NCBI GenBank assembly: GCA_900554175.1
Contig: USGK01000005.1
Location: 3,707-67,706, forward strand
Source of the DNA: an uncultured Clostridium sp.
GTDB lineage: Bacteria > Bacillota > Clostridia > TANB77 > CAG-508
Length of the DNA stretch: 64,000 bases
Reading direction: 5' to 3'
Position numbers and translations under genes: made by a program. Below the pieces are notes generated by a model that saw nothing but the letters and a program-made list of their open reading frames with translations, had not been told where the DNA came from and did no database searches. This document shows positions 46,040 through 55,564 of the stretch, in pieces (the first letter of the stretch is position 1; each line of letters starts with the position of its first letter).

Positions 46040-47161
46040 CTATCTATACTCCCTTCTTATTTTACTATCTACAAACATTGGATTTACTTCTAATCGAACT
46101 TCATCATTTATTTTTATATCTTTTCCTGTAATATCAACAGTAACATGATACATACCTATTCTCCCTAAAACCTTACATTTTTGTCCATTTATCTGTACAT
46201 ATAAATTTTTGTTTTTAAATGCATCTTTTACATCTCTTACTATATATCTTAGTTTATCGATTTTTCTAAACATATCCCTATTTTCTCTGACATTAAATCC
46301 ATCTGCATATCCACATGGTATTTGTGCAACTTTTATTTCTTTTTTCGTTGTATAACTATTTGAATATCCTATATTATATCCTTTTGGTAATGATTTTATT
46401 TCAGAAACATTAGATTTTAAGTATGCAACTTTTTTTAATCCATATACATTTGGAATCGCAATTCTTCCCAAAAAAGCTGAACCAATTCTTGATGCAGAAA
46501 GTCTCATATTAGTAAATCTTAAAAAACCTGATGAATTACAAATATGTAACATTCCTGTTTCAATTTTATTTTCCTTCAGATATTCAATTACATCAATAAA
46601 TCTTTTAAACTGTTCATCTGAGAATTTACTTTTTTCATAAAATGCTATAGAAAAATGAGAAAATGTTCCCTCTATTTGAATATTTTTTAAATTTTTCAAT
46701 GATTCAACTATTTTCTCTTTATTACAGTAAAGAAATCCATATCTTCCAAATCCAGTATCTATTTTTATATGAGCCTTTACCTTCTTTTTCTGTCTTAAAG
46801 CTTCTTCTTCTATTATTTTTATTTCTTCTTCTGAATCTATTGTAAGTGTTATATCATTTTCAATTAATAATTCAATTTCCCTTTTTATTGAAGTGGCTGA
46901 TAACATCAAAATATTTTTTTGTATTCCTTTTTTTCTTAACTCTATTGCTTCCTCTACTGTTGAAACGGCAAGAATATTTATGCCATTTTCTATTAAAAAC
47001 TTTGAATATTCTATTAATCCTAATCCATATCCATTTCCTTTTACCACAGCTATTAATTTTAAAGGTTTGTTGTCCTCACATCTTCCGGTCTTTTCTGCAA
47101 TCTCTTTTATTTTTCTTATATTATGTTTTAATAGTTCTTTTTCTACTACTAGTGCTTTCAA
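46040..47161 (-). CDS. alr: alanine racemase
   Basis: AVVKGNGYGLG (PLP-lysine motif) and VLGRIGMYHVTVDI C-terminal pattern; 373 aa. Confidence 0.8.
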   Translation of the reverse strand: MKALVVEKELLKHNIRKIKEIAEKTGRCEDNKPLKLIAVVKGNGYGLGLIEYSKFLIENGINILAVSTVEEAIELRKKGIQKNILMLSATSIKREIELLIENDITLTIDSEEEIKIIEEEALRQKKKVKAHIKIDTGFGRYGFLYCNKEKIVESLKNLKNIQIEGTFSHFSIAFYEKSKFSDEQFKRFIDVIEYLKENKIETGMLHICNSSGFLRFTNMRLSASRIGSAFLGRIAIPNVYGLKKVAYLKSNVSEIKSLPKGYNIGYSNSYTTKKEIKVAQIPCGYADGFNVRENRDMFRKIDKLRYIVRDVKDAFKNKNLYVQINGQKCKVLGRIGMYHVTVDITGKDIKINDEVRLEVNPMFVDSKIRREYR

Positions 47162-47196
47162 AAAATAACATTCCTTTCTTTGGAAACATCCTCACA

Positions 47197-48237
47197 TTAT
47201 TTTTTTAATTTCAATGCTCTTAATTCTCTAAATGCTTTTTCTGAGAACTTGTACAATTTATAAGTTAATGGCTTAAATGGAATATATACTTCCCCTATAA
47301 ACTCTGTATATTCTGCTCCAAATCCTTTTTTAAATCTATATAGTCCATTACTATCATCAGCTATTCCTGGTACTCCTCTTAAATCATATATCTCACTTTT
47401 ATTTGCTACTGCTAATTTAATCATTTCCCATTGAAGTAAATAATTTGGCATTAAATTTCTGTGTTCATTGCTACTTGCTCCATATAAATACCATGTCTTA
47501 TTTCCATATATTATTGGTATAACACCAGAAATTGGTTTTCCTTCATAATATGCCATTAAAATTTTCATATGTTCAGGACCTAATGCATCATACATTTTTT
47601 CAAAATATTCAAGAGGTCTTATTATAAATCCATCTCTTTTTCCGGTTGTTATCATTATTTTATGAAAATCTTTTAAATCTTCTTTTGTTCCGTCTTTTAT
47701 TGTTACACCTTTTTTGGTGGCTAAACGTACATTATATCTCGTTTTTTGATGAAGATTTTTAAATAATTCATCTTCTGTTTTATCTTTTACATCTAGTCTG
47801 AAAACATATCTTGGTTGTATTTCTTCTCTAAAGTTTTTGGCATCATCTTTTATTAAATAGCCTAATTCTAGCATTAAATTTCTGTATTTCTCATCATCAC
47901 TTTTTATGTCTGGTTCTATTCTTAAAACTATTGCTTTATATTTTTTTGCAAGAATTTTCGCTCCTTCAGTTAATTGTTTTAATACTTCTAAATTATGAAT
48001 ATCACAGATCGGACCTCTTGGTGCATACATTATGTTTCCAAAAATCGGTATTTTTCTTACCCAAACCGTAAGTGAACCAATTATTTTTTTGTTTACGTCC
48101 TCTGCAAGTATTACTTCTGTTATCCAACTTGTCTTTATTTTTGCCCATTCTAATGATTGTTGAAAATTACATCTTGGGTGATTTTTCAAAAATGATGTAA
48201 ATTCTCTTTTATCTGAATCTGTTTCTAATATTCTCAT
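47197..48237 (-). CDS. FemAB-family peptidoglycan interpeptide-bridge aminoacyltransferase
   Basis: 346 aa; FQQSLEWAKIK..., YGASSNEHRNLMPNYLLQWEMI, YDLRGV motifs of FemX/MurM-like enzymes. Confidence 0.8.
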   Translation of the reverse strand: MRILETDSDKREFTSFLKNHPRCNFQQSLEWAKIKTSWITEVILAEDVNKKIIGSLTVWVRKIPIFGNIMYAPRGPICDIHNLEVLKQLTEGAKILAKKYKAIVLRIEPDIKSDDEKYRNLMLELGYLIKDDAKNFREEIQPRYVFRLDVKDKTEDELFKNLHQKTRYNVRLATKKGVTIKDGTKEDLKDFHKIMITTGKRDGFIIRPLEYFEKMYDALGPEHMKILMAYYEGKPISGVIPIIYGNKTWYLYGASSNEHRNLMPNYLLQWEMIKLAVANKSEIYDLRGVPGIADDSNGLYRFKKGFGAEYTEFIGEVYIPFKPLTYKLYKFSEKAFRELRALKLKK

Positions 48238-48383
48238 TTGATGATTTTTCTCCTTATTATTTTATTTTTATCTTATTTTTTTGTTTTATTACTCAATTTT
48301 ACTTTTTTGCAATTTGTATTATATACTAATTGCTTTTATTTTTCAATAAAAATTGGAAATTTATACAGTAAAAGTAAATAAAA

Positions 48384-48424
48384 AATAAATAAGAATAACT
48401 TAAATTTATTCTTATTTATTTTTT
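48384..48424. terminator. AT-rich 15-bp hairpin between ssrA and the FemAB-like gene
   Basis: AATAAATAAGAATAA/TTATTCTTATTTATT with T runs on both sides. Confidence 0.4.
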
Positions 48425-48527
48425 ACTTGATATAAAGAGAAAATCTTCTTCATTAGTGTTGCATTAATTTTGACAAATTAACTTTAGTAAGTATTAATAT
48501 TACAATACTTACTATGGTTCTTACTTT

Positions 48528-48881
48528 TGGTGGAGGTGAGGAGAGTCGAACTCCTGTCCACTATACCTTCCACATAAACTTCTCCGAGTGCAGTTTATTC
48601 TTTTAATTCATTTTAATTACGCAAATAAACATGCTTAATTAAAATATAGCTTTTAAATACCTACTACTTTCAAAGCCAAAAGTAGCTTCGTTTCCTACAA
48701 AATATTGCACCTTAAAATTATGTGTAGGACATAAAATAAGGCGTAGCTACAACTAGGCAGCTAATGCTAATTCGTTATTATCAGCGTTTATATTTAATCT
48801 CGCTTTTTTATAGTGGCCAAAGCGACCATCCACTACTCGCTATTTATCTTTCTAGTATAATGTCGAAACCATTACACCCCC
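48528..48881 (-). ncRNA. ssrA: tmRNA (SsrA), predicted tag ADNNELALAA
   Basis: 5-prime GGGGGUGUAAUGGUUUCGAC pairs with 3-prime ...GGAGUUCGACUCUCCUCACCUCCACCA (G3-U pair, CCA end). Internal reading frame GCU GAU AAU AAC GAA UUA GCA UUA GCU GCC UAG. Confidence 0.9.
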
Positions 48882-48941
48882 GTGTACATTCTTATTATAC
48901 CCTATTTTTTTATAGTTTTCAATATCTATATTTTAAAATAA

Positions 48942-49295
48942 TTATTTATTACTAAGAAATTTAACCCATTCTGAAAACTCGTTTTCATCTACAACTTTAA
49001 TTAAATCACAATCTTGTTCCATCTTTTTTAAAATTTCTAATGTTCTATCTTTAGAATCTAAATCTATTATTTTTATTTCTTTGACTTCTTCTTCTTTTCC
49101 ATATAAGATTTTAAATATTAAAGCTCTTAAAAAGTTTTCAATATTTTTTTCTTGGTTTTTTACAATTAAAGCTAAATATATTCCATCTGAACTTTTTATT
49201 TTATATGTATTAAATTTTAAAATGGTTTTTAAAATTTCTATAAATCCATAAATTGCAAATGTCCATAATAAACTATTTAAAATAAAATTAGCCAT
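48942..49295 (-). CDS. hypothetical protein with N-terminal TM segment
   Basis: AAAGGAGA RBS; 117 aa. I recognise no motif. Confidence 0.5.
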   Translation of the reverse strand: MANFILNSLLWTFAIYGFIEILKTILKFNTYKIKSSDGIYLALIVKNQEKNIENFLRALIFKILYGKEEEVKEIKIIDLDSKDRTLEILKKMEQDCDLIKVVDENEFSEWVKFLSNK

Positions 49296-49507
49296 TTATT
49301 ACACATCTCCTTTTACTTTATTACTATATCTTACTATCTTAATAATATGTTTTTATTTTCTATTGGTTCCTTCACATATTTCGACATTTTTCATAATATA
49401 TACTAAGCTTAACAAGCTTAATATTCAAATGACAATTTTGTCAAACAGAGATTATATTTAGACATTTATGTGTATATATTTTTCTCTTTTAGAAAGGAAT
49501 GATTTTT

Positions 49508-49942
49508 ATGGAAATGGAAAATAATTTAAACAAACCTCATTGTCCAGTTATTGATATAGATGGTGTAATTGCCAATGGAAAACAATTTGATTTAGACATT
49601 AGTCTTCCAGAAGATAATAGAGATGTAATTTATGGCGTAATAAAAGATCGTTATCAACATCCTGTAAAAGATGCTGTTGTAAAATTAATTGAAATAGATT
49701 TTAAAGAAGGTAGAAAAATGAGACTTCCTGTTTCTCATACTTTTACAGATAAACATGGTGAATTTGTATTCGGTCCTCTTTGCCCTGGTAAAGAATATGC
49801 AATAGATATTTGGGTAAATGATGTTAGACATTTTAAAGTTTGTGCTGAATGTCATCATGAAGGTAAATGCCTAAAGGGTGAATGCATGGATAAATGTGAT
49901 TTTATAAATAAATGTGAAAAATTTGATGATTGTAAAAAGTAA
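49508..49942 (+). CDS. small protein with prealbumin/carboxypeptidase-regulatory-like core and Cys-rich C-terminal tail
   Basis: VIYGVIKDRYQHPVKDAVVKLIEI...TDKHGEFVFGPLCPGKEYAIDIW, then CAECHHEGKCLKGECMDKCDFINKCEKFDDC. Start chosen at ATG 49508 (9-10 nt after AAAGGA); the track start is 49499. Confidence 0.55.
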   Translation: MEMENNLNKPHCPVIDIDGVIANGKQFDLDISLPEDNRDVIYGVIKDRYQHPVKDAVVKLIEIDFKEGRKMRLPVSHTFTDKHGEFVFGPLCPGKEYAIDIWVNDVRHFKVCAECHHEGKCLKGECMDKCDFINKCEKFDDCKK

Positions 49943-49993
49943 TTATCTATTACTAATTTGATGATTGTATTAAGTATTTTTATAAACATCTAT

Positions 49994-50025
49994 AAAAAAA
50001 CCATATGCTTTTGCATATGGTTTTT
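49994..50025. terminator. bidirectional terminator between convergent genes
   Basis: A7-CCATATGC-TTTT-GCATATGG-T5. Confidence 0.75.
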
Positions 50026-50038
50026 AGGAATTATTATG

Positions 50039-50374
50039 TTAATTTGTTGATGCCCATCTTGTCATTTTAATGTCTTTGTATTTTTCAAGTACTGTGCTAT
50101 ATTTTTCATACTCTTCTTCCCATAAAACATTTGGTACTTTATCAAAGGCATTAAAAATTTCTTCTGCCTGTTTTAAATATATTATCTGTTGTTGTACAGT
50201 TAATTTCTCATATCTTTTAGAAAATTCATATAATTTATCTAATGTTTGGTTTGCTTCTACGAAGCTCCAAAAATCTTTTACATTCATTCCTGCTAATTTT
50301 ATTTGCATTACAGCATATGTTACTAATCCAAATATTATAAATACTAAAATATATATAATTTTTAATAGTACCAT
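50039..50374 (-). CDS. hypothetical protein with N-terminal TM segment
   Basis: ATG 50374 five nt after AGAGGTGG. The track start 50383 is GTG inside the RBS. Confidence 0.5.
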   Translation of the reverse strand: MVLLKIIYILVFIIFGLVTYAVMQIKLAGMNVKDFWSFVEANQTLDKLYEFSKRYEKLTVQQQIIYLKQAEEIFNAFDKVPNVLWEEEYEKYSTVLEKYKDIKMTRWASTN

Positions 50375-50410
50375 AATAACCACCTCTCTTAAAATCCTTT
50401 GTACAACTCA

Positions 50411-50439
50411 ATTATAACACAATTTTTTCCAATTTGCAA
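50411..50439 (-). promoter_or_regulatory. sigma-A type promoter inside the inverted-repeat loop
   Basis: TTGCAA (50434-50439), 17 nt, TATAAT (50411-50416). Confidence 0.5.
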
Positions 50440-50484
50440 TATTTTTGTAACATTTTTGTAATATTTTTGTAATATTTGTACAAT
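50431..50484. repeat. five tandem 10-11-bp units (consensus ATTTTTGTAAT) immediately upstream of the -35 box
   Basis: AATTTGCAAT ATTTTTGTAAC ATTTTTGTAAT ATTTTTGTAAT ATTTGTACAAT. Confidence 0.7.
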
Positions 50485-50523
50485 TTTTTTATAGAGGTGG
50501 TTATTTTCTATTTTACTTTATAA

Positions 50524-52983
50524 TTATTGTTTTACAATCGAAATTTTTTCATCTTCTGCTATAACTTTTACATTTTCTTCTTTTTTCAATTTTCCATCTA
50601 ATATTTGTTCTGCGAGGAAATCTTCTACTAGATTTTGTATTGTTCTTCTTAATGGCCTTGCTCCAAATGATTTATCAATTCCCTTTTTGGCAATTAAATC
50701 TTTTATTGAATTATCAAATTCAACATAATATTTCTGTACTTTTAATCTTTCTACTACTTGATTCAACATGATATCTATTATACTTTCTATTTCTTTATTG
50801 TCCAATTTATGGAATACTATTATTTCATCTATACGATTCATAAATTCAGGTCTGAATTCTCTTTTTAATTCTGCCATTACTTCTTTTTTAGTTGATTCAT
50901 ATTCTTTTTGTGCATCATTTTCTATTGAACTTTCCACAAAGCCAAGAGATTTTTTATCTGTTATTAATCTTGCTCCTATATTTGATGTCATAATTATTAC
51001 TGTATTTTTAAAGTTTACAGTTTTACCATTTGAATCTGTAAGTCTACCATCATCTAGTATTTGAAGAAGCATATTCATAACATCAGGATGAGCCTTTTCT
51101 ATTTCATCTAAAAGTATTACTGCATAAGGTTTTCTACGAATTTTTTCTGTTAATTGTCCTCCTTCTTCAAATCCTACATATCCTGGAGGCGAACCTATAA
51201 GTTTTGATACTGAATGTGGCTCCATATATTCTGACATATCTATTCTTATCATAGCACTTTCATCACCAAATAATGCTTCTGCTAAAGCTTTTGAAAGTTC
51301 TGTTTTACCAACACCTGTAGGACCCAAAAATAGAAATGAACCAATTGGACGATTAGGATCTTTTAGTCCCACTCTTCCTCTTCTTATTGCTTTTGAAACT
51401 GCTTCAATAGCTTCATTTTGCCCAACAACTCTTTCATGTAGAGTTTTTTCAAGATTACGAAGTCTTTTATTTTCATCTTCTGTAATCTTTTTTACAGGAA
51501 TACCTGTCCATAAACTTATTACATCTGCAATATTTTCTTCTGTTATTGTTGTTAATTTTTTAGTATTTTTATTTTTCCATTTTTCTTCTTCTTTTTTATA
51601 TTTTTCTTTTAATTCTTTTTCTTTATCTCTTAATTTAGCTGCTTTCTCGAATTTTTGACTACGAACCGCTTCTTCTTTATCTTTTGATATCTTTTCAATC
51701 TCTTCTTGCATTTGCTTTAAATCCTCTGGCTCTGTATATGTTTTTAATTTTGCCTTTGCTGAAGCTTCATCAATTAAATCTATAGCTTTATCTGGCAAAA
51801 ATCTATCATTTATATATCTTACCGACAAATTTACAGCTGTTTCTATTGCTTCATCTGTAATTTTTACATTATGATGTGCTTCATATTTATCCCTTACACC
51901 CTTTAATATAGAAATTGTATCTTTAATATTTGGTTCATTTATTGTAACAGGGCTAAACCTTCTTTCCAATGCTGCATCTTTTTCTATATATTTTCTGTAT
52001 TCATCTATTGTTGTTGCACCTATTAATTGTATTTCTCCTCTTGCTAGCATTGGTTTTAAAATATTTGCTGCATCTATTGCACCTTCTGCTGAACCTGCAC
52101 CAACTATTGTGTGAATTTCATCAATAAACAAGATAATATCTCCTGCCTTTTTTACTTCGCTTAATGCTTTTTTTATTCTTTCTTCAAAATCTCCTCTATA
52201 TTTTGCACCTGCCACCATTCCTGAAATGTCCATACTTACAACTCTTTTATTTTTTAATATTTCTGGAACATCTCCTGAATTTATTTTTTGAGCCAATCCT
52301 TCAACAATCGCTGTTTTTCCAACACCTGGCTCACCTATTAAACAGGGGTTATTTTTTGTTCTTCTAGATAAAATTTCAATTACCCTTTCGATTTCTTTAC
52401 TTCTTCCTATTACTGGATCTAACTTTCCATCTAATGCTTTTTTTGTTAAATCTTCACTAAATTGATTTAAGTTTACAGTTGTATTATAACTTCCTTTGTT
52501 ATATCCTTTCGAACTATTTACTTTTGAACTACCTGATACATCTTCTGAATCATTTATTACATTTACAATTTCATTGTATAGTTTTTGCATATTTGTATCT
52601 AACTCTAATAGAATTCTAACCGCAATACTATCACCTTCTCTTAATATACCAATTAATAGATGTTCAGTTCCTATATAATCATATCCTATTTTTTTTGCTT
52701 CTATAAAACTATTTTCTATAATTCTTTTTGTTCGTGGAGTAAATCCTAATGCTTGCTTATTTTCTGCTTCGTCGTCTCTTCCTATTAATTCAATGATTTT
52801 ACCTTCTATTGCTTCCGCTGAAATATTTTGATTCTCTAGAACTTTGCTTGCAACGCCTCCACCTTCTTTTGCTAGTCCATATAATATGTGTTCTGATCCA
52901 ACATAAGTATGTCCTAATTTTTGAGCTTCTTCATTAGCAATTTCTATTGCATTTTTAGCTCTTGTGGTAAATTTATATATCAT
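50524..52983 (-). CDS. clpC: ATP-dependent Clp protease ATP-binding subunit ClpC
   Basis: 819 aa; two Clp_N repeats, two AAA modules ([16 protein letters not shown]), UVR-like linker. Last gene of the ctsR operon. Confidence 0.95.
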   Translation of the reverse strand: MIYKFTTRAKNAIEIANEEAQKLGHTYVGSEHILYGLAKEGGGVASKVLENQNISAEAIEGKIIELIGRDDEAENKQALGFTPRTKRIIENSFIEAKKIGYDYIGTEHLLIGILREGDSIAVRILLELDTNMQKLYNEIVNVINDSEDVSGSSKVNSSKGYNKGSYNTTVNLNQFSEDLTKKALDGKLDPVIGRSKEIERVIEILSRRTKNNPCLIGEPGVGKTAIVEGLAQKINSGDVPEILKNKRVVSMDISGMVAGAKYRGDFEERIKKALSEVKKAGDIILFIDEIHTIVGAGSAEGAIDAANILKPMLARGEIQLIGATTIDEYRKYIEKDAALERRFSPVTINEPNIKDTISILKGVRDKYEAHHNVKITDEAIETAVNLSVRYINDRFLPDKAIDLIDEASAKAKLKTYTEPEDLKQMQEEIEKISKDKEEAVRSQKFEKAAKLRDKEKELKEKYKKEEEKWKNKNTKKLTTITEENIADVISLWTGIPVKKITEDENKRLRNLEKTLHERVVGQNEAIEAVSKAIRRGRVGLKDPNRPIGSFLFLGPTGVGKTELSKALAEALFGDESAMIRIDMSEYMEPHSVSKLIGSPPGYVGFEEGGQLTEKIRRKPYAVILLDEIEKAHPDVMNMLLQILDDGRLTDSNGKTVNFKNTVIIMTSNIGARLITDKKSLGFVESSIENDAQKEYESTKKEVMAELKREFRPEFMNRIDEIIVFHKLDNKEIESIIDIMLNQVVERLKVQKYYVEFDNSIKDLIAKKGIDKSFGARPLRRTIQNLVEDFLAEQILDGKLKKEENVKVIAEDEKISIVKQ

Positions 52984-53006
52984 AATTATCTCTCCTCTCT
53001 ATTTAA

Positions 53007-54020
53007 TTAATTTTCTTTTATAATTTTTTTAATTACCTCCGCTCTTTTTATATCTCTTTCTATTGCAGAAAGTTCTCTTCCTATGTATTTTTGTAAATTT
53101 GCTGGTTTAGTATATAAATACATTTTTAAAACTTTACTATCATTTAATTCTTCTATTATACCTAAATCTGTTCCCAACTTTACATCCGATAATAACTTTC
53201 TTGACTCTTCTGATGACATTTTCTTACAGTTACTTAAAATACCATAACTTCTGTATAAGGTATCTTCTAATTCAATTTTATTTTTTGTTAAAAGTTTTCT
53301 TGCTTCTCTTTCTTGTTCAACAATCTTCTCTGTAATTATTTTAAGATTTTTTATAATTTCTTCTTCTCTTATTCCTATTGTTTGTTTATTTGAAATTTGA
53401 TACATATCACCTGATGTATTACTATTTTCTCCGTGGATACCTCTAATGTTTAGCCCAAAATTACTTATTGCATTTAATATTTTTCTAATATTTCCTGTTT
53501 TAGTAAGTCCTGGTAAATGTACCATAACTGATGCTCTCATTCCTGTCCCAACATTTGTTGGGCAACTTGTTAAATAACCATATTTTTTATTTTTAGCTAT
53601 TTTAAATAAATTTTCGATTTTTTCGTCTACTTCTTTTGCTAAATTAAAAGTTCCCTCTAAATCTAACCCGCTTCCAAAAATTTGCTCTCTTAAATGATCT
53701 TCTTCATTTAGCATTATGCATATATTTTCTTCATCATTTATTAAAATTGAGCATAATTTGTTTTTATCCATTGCACATTCTGGACTTATTATATTTTTTT
53801 CTAGCAAAGATAATTTTGTAAGATCATCTATATCTTCCATTTTGCAAAACTTAAGATTATAACCAATTGATGGGAGTTTTTCTTTTACTTCTAATTCAAC
53901 TTTTTTTGCTTCTAATCTATCTTTTATATTGAATTTATAGTTTTCAAAATTTCTAGCATATCTTATTCTTGTGCTTATTACTACATCTGAATCTTTTCCA
54001 CAATCTAAGTACCAATTCAT
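53007..54020 (-). CDS. mcsB: protein arginine kinase McsB
   Basis: Guanidino-kinase signature TSCPTNVGTGMRASVMVHLPGL. Confidence 0.95.
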   Translation of the reverse strand: MNWYLDCGKDSDVVISTRIRYARNFENYKFNIKDRLEAKKVELEVKEKLPSIGYNLKFCKMEDIDDLTKLSLLEKNIISPECAMDKNKLCSILINDEENICIMLNEEDHLREQIFGSGLDLEGTFNLAKEVDEKIENLFKIAKNKKYGYLTSCPTNVGTGMRASVMVHLPGLTKTGNIRKILNAISNFGLNIRGIHGENSNTSGDMYQISNKQTIGIREEEIIKNLKIITEKIVEQEREARKLLTKNKIELEDTLYRSYGILSNCKKMSSEESRKLLSDVKLGTDLGIIEELNDSKVLKMYLYTKPANLQKYIGRELSAIERDIKRAEVIKKIIKEN

Positions 54021-54023
54021 ATT

Positions 54024-54575
54024 TTATTTTTCTCCTTCCTCTTTTTTTATTTCATCACGAATTTTTGCAGCATCTTCATATCTTTCTTCTTTTATTGCAT
54101 TTTTTAAATTTTCTTTTAATCTTTCTATTTTGCTTAATTTGGTGTTTTCCTCATTTACTATTTTCTTATCTATTTTCTCATTACTTTTTTCATTTTCCTT
54201 TATTATTCCTAACCTTCCTACATGTCTATTTGAGCCTTGTATATTTTTTAGTAATGGGTCTATCTTTGATTCAAAAGCCTCATAGCAATTACTACATCCA
54301 AATTTACCTGTATGCATAAAATCATCAAAAGTCAATCCACATGTTTCACATTTCAAGTCGTTCTCTAAACTTGGAATTAAACTTACTTCATTCATATCAT
54401 CAAAGAAATCTCCTAAAAAGCTTGAAAAATCTATTGGCATATTTAAATGTATATTATTATTTATTCCTAATTTTTCACTGCACTCTTCGCATAAAAACAT
54501 TTGCTTTTTTTCTCCATTTATAATTTGTGTATATTTAACATTTGCTTCATTTTTTCCACAATTTTCACATTTCAT
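54024..54575 (-). CDS. mcsA: McsA (zinc-finger and UVR-motif activator of McsB)
   Basis: CENCGKNEA...CEEC and CETCG...CSNCY zinc motifs plus a C-terminal EERYEDAAKIRDEIKK UVR motif. Confidence 0.9.
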   Translation of the reverse strand: MKCENCGKNEANVKYTQIINGEKKQMFLCEECSEKLGINNNIHLNMPIDFSSFLGDFFDDMNEVSLIPSLENDLKCETCGLTFDDFMHTGKFGCSNCYEAFESKIDPLLKNIQGSNRHVGRLGIIKENEKSNEKIDKKIVNEENTKLSKIERLKENLKNAIKEERYEDAAKIRDEIKKEEGEK

Positions 54576-54600
54576 ATTAAATCATCCTTTCTTTTTACTT

Positions 54601-55050
54601 TTAATCTGTTAAATTTATTAACATATTTTTTAATATATTTGCTCTTAATCCATCACGTAACTCTTTTGGAATGGTAAGTACATTATCACTTGTTGCCACT
54701 CTTAATAATTTAGCTTCTTTTGGTGTAATCAATTCATATGTTAAAAAGTCACTAATTAATATTTCTACATCCGTATTATTTATAGTTCTCCCTATATTTT
54801 CTATTATATGCATTATATAATCTGATTTAGTATTAGTAACTTTTCTTATTGTTATATGTCCGCCTCCACCTCTTTTACTTTCTACATAATATCCTTGTGA
54901 TGGCTTAAATCTTGTTGCTATTACATAATTAATTTGTGATGGTACACAATTAAACCTTTGTGCTAAATCATTTCTTTGTATTTCAATTTCTTCTTGTTCA
55001 TCATTAAATAATTCTTTTATGAATTCTTCTATAATATCTGATACTCTCAT
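54601..55050 (-). CDS. ctsR: class III stress-gene repressor CtsR
   Basis: MRVSDIIEEFIKELF...RFNCVPSQINYVIATRF...ESKRGGGGHITI. Confidence 0.95.
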   Translation of the reverse strand: MRVSDIIEEFIKELFNDEQEEIEIQRNDLAQRFNCVPSQINYVIATRFKPSQGYYVESKRGGGGHITIRKVTNTKSDYIMHIIENIGRTINNTDVEILISDFLTYELITPKEAKLLRVATSDNVLTIPKELRDGLRANILKNMLINLTD

Positions 55051-55090
55051 ATAATGCCCCCTAATTATTTTTCTTACTTCGTTTTTTGTT

Positions 55091-55108
55091 TTTGACTTTC
55101 TTTGACCT
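55091..55108 (-). promoter_or_regulatory. CtsR operator
   Basis: Minus strand AGGTCAAAGAAAGTCAAA matches the direct heptad repeat A/GGTCAAAnanA/GGTCAAA, just downstream of the -10 box. Confidence 0.8.
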
Positions 55109-55116
55109 TTATTGAT

Positions 55117-55144
55117 ATTATACTACCATTTATCTCTTTTTCAA
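55117..55144 (-). promoter_or_regulatory. sigma-A type promoter of ctsR operon
   Basis: TTGAAA (55139-55144), 16 nt, TATAAT (55117-55122). Confidence 0.6.
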
Positions 55145-55200
55145 ATCCAAATTTATTATAAAATTAGAATTAAATGTCGATATTTTTTTATTTTGTTCTA

Positions 55201-55350
55201 TTATTCTTGTTTTTTCTTATTTTTTGTTATATTTTCTAATCTATTTGCAATTTTTTTCTGATCTTCCAAACTTGTCCATTCAAAATATGAACTCATAAAT
55301 TCACCATATTTCTCTATATCTTTATCTTCTTTCTTATTCTTTTCTTCCAT
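55201..55350 (-). CDS. possible 49-aa acidic/basic small protein
   Basis: MEEKNKKEDKDIEKYGEFMSSYFEWTSLEDQKKIANRLENITKNKKKQE. GGAAAGGA upstream. Below the ORF-track size cutoff. Confidence 0.3.
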   Translation of the reverse strand: MEEKNKKEDKDIEKYGEFMSSYFEWTSLEDQKKIANRLENITKNKKKQE

Positions 55351-55489
55351 AATTCCTATCCTTTCCTTTTTTTCACTAAGACAAAATCATTTTTTTATAT
55401 TATTCACTTTTTTAATATGTTTATACATTTTAATATTAAAACTTAAAATTCTTTATTCATTTTTCTATTGACATTAAGAAAATAATACA

Positions 55490-55529
55490 ATTCAAGAGAA
55501 TATTCTATTTACCTTTGTTCATCTTGAAT
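55490..55529 (-). terminator. possible terminator after the adhesin gene
   Basis: ATTCAAGA/TCTTGAAT 8-bp stem with a 24-nt loop, then a T-rich tail on the minus strand. Confidence 0.35.
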
Positions 55530-55564
55530 CGTATTATTTCTAACTTTTAATTTTAATATATTTG

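Larger units (their letters stand above)
50375..50505 (-). repeat. 13-bp perfect inverted repeat (arms 50375-50387 and 50493-50505): RBS and a distal anti-RBS
   Basis: Plus-strand AATAACCACCTCT and AGAGGTGGTTATT, 105 nt apart. The proximal arm is the Shine-Dalgarno plus spacer of the 50039-50374 gene. Confidence 0.7.

Noticed and set aside
48238-48527. Genomic island or prophage integrated at the 3-prime end of ssrA (and at the two tRNA genes).
   Set aside because: Only 290 nt separate the ssrA 3-prime end from the FemAB-like gene. There is no integrase, no duplicated att-like copy of the tmRNA or tRNA 3-prime end, and the flanks are core genes.
50431-50484. Possible CRISPR-like array.
   Set aside because: The units are 10-11 bp and directly abutting, without spacers, and no cas genes are present. 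I interpret this as a phased promoter-upstream repeat instead.
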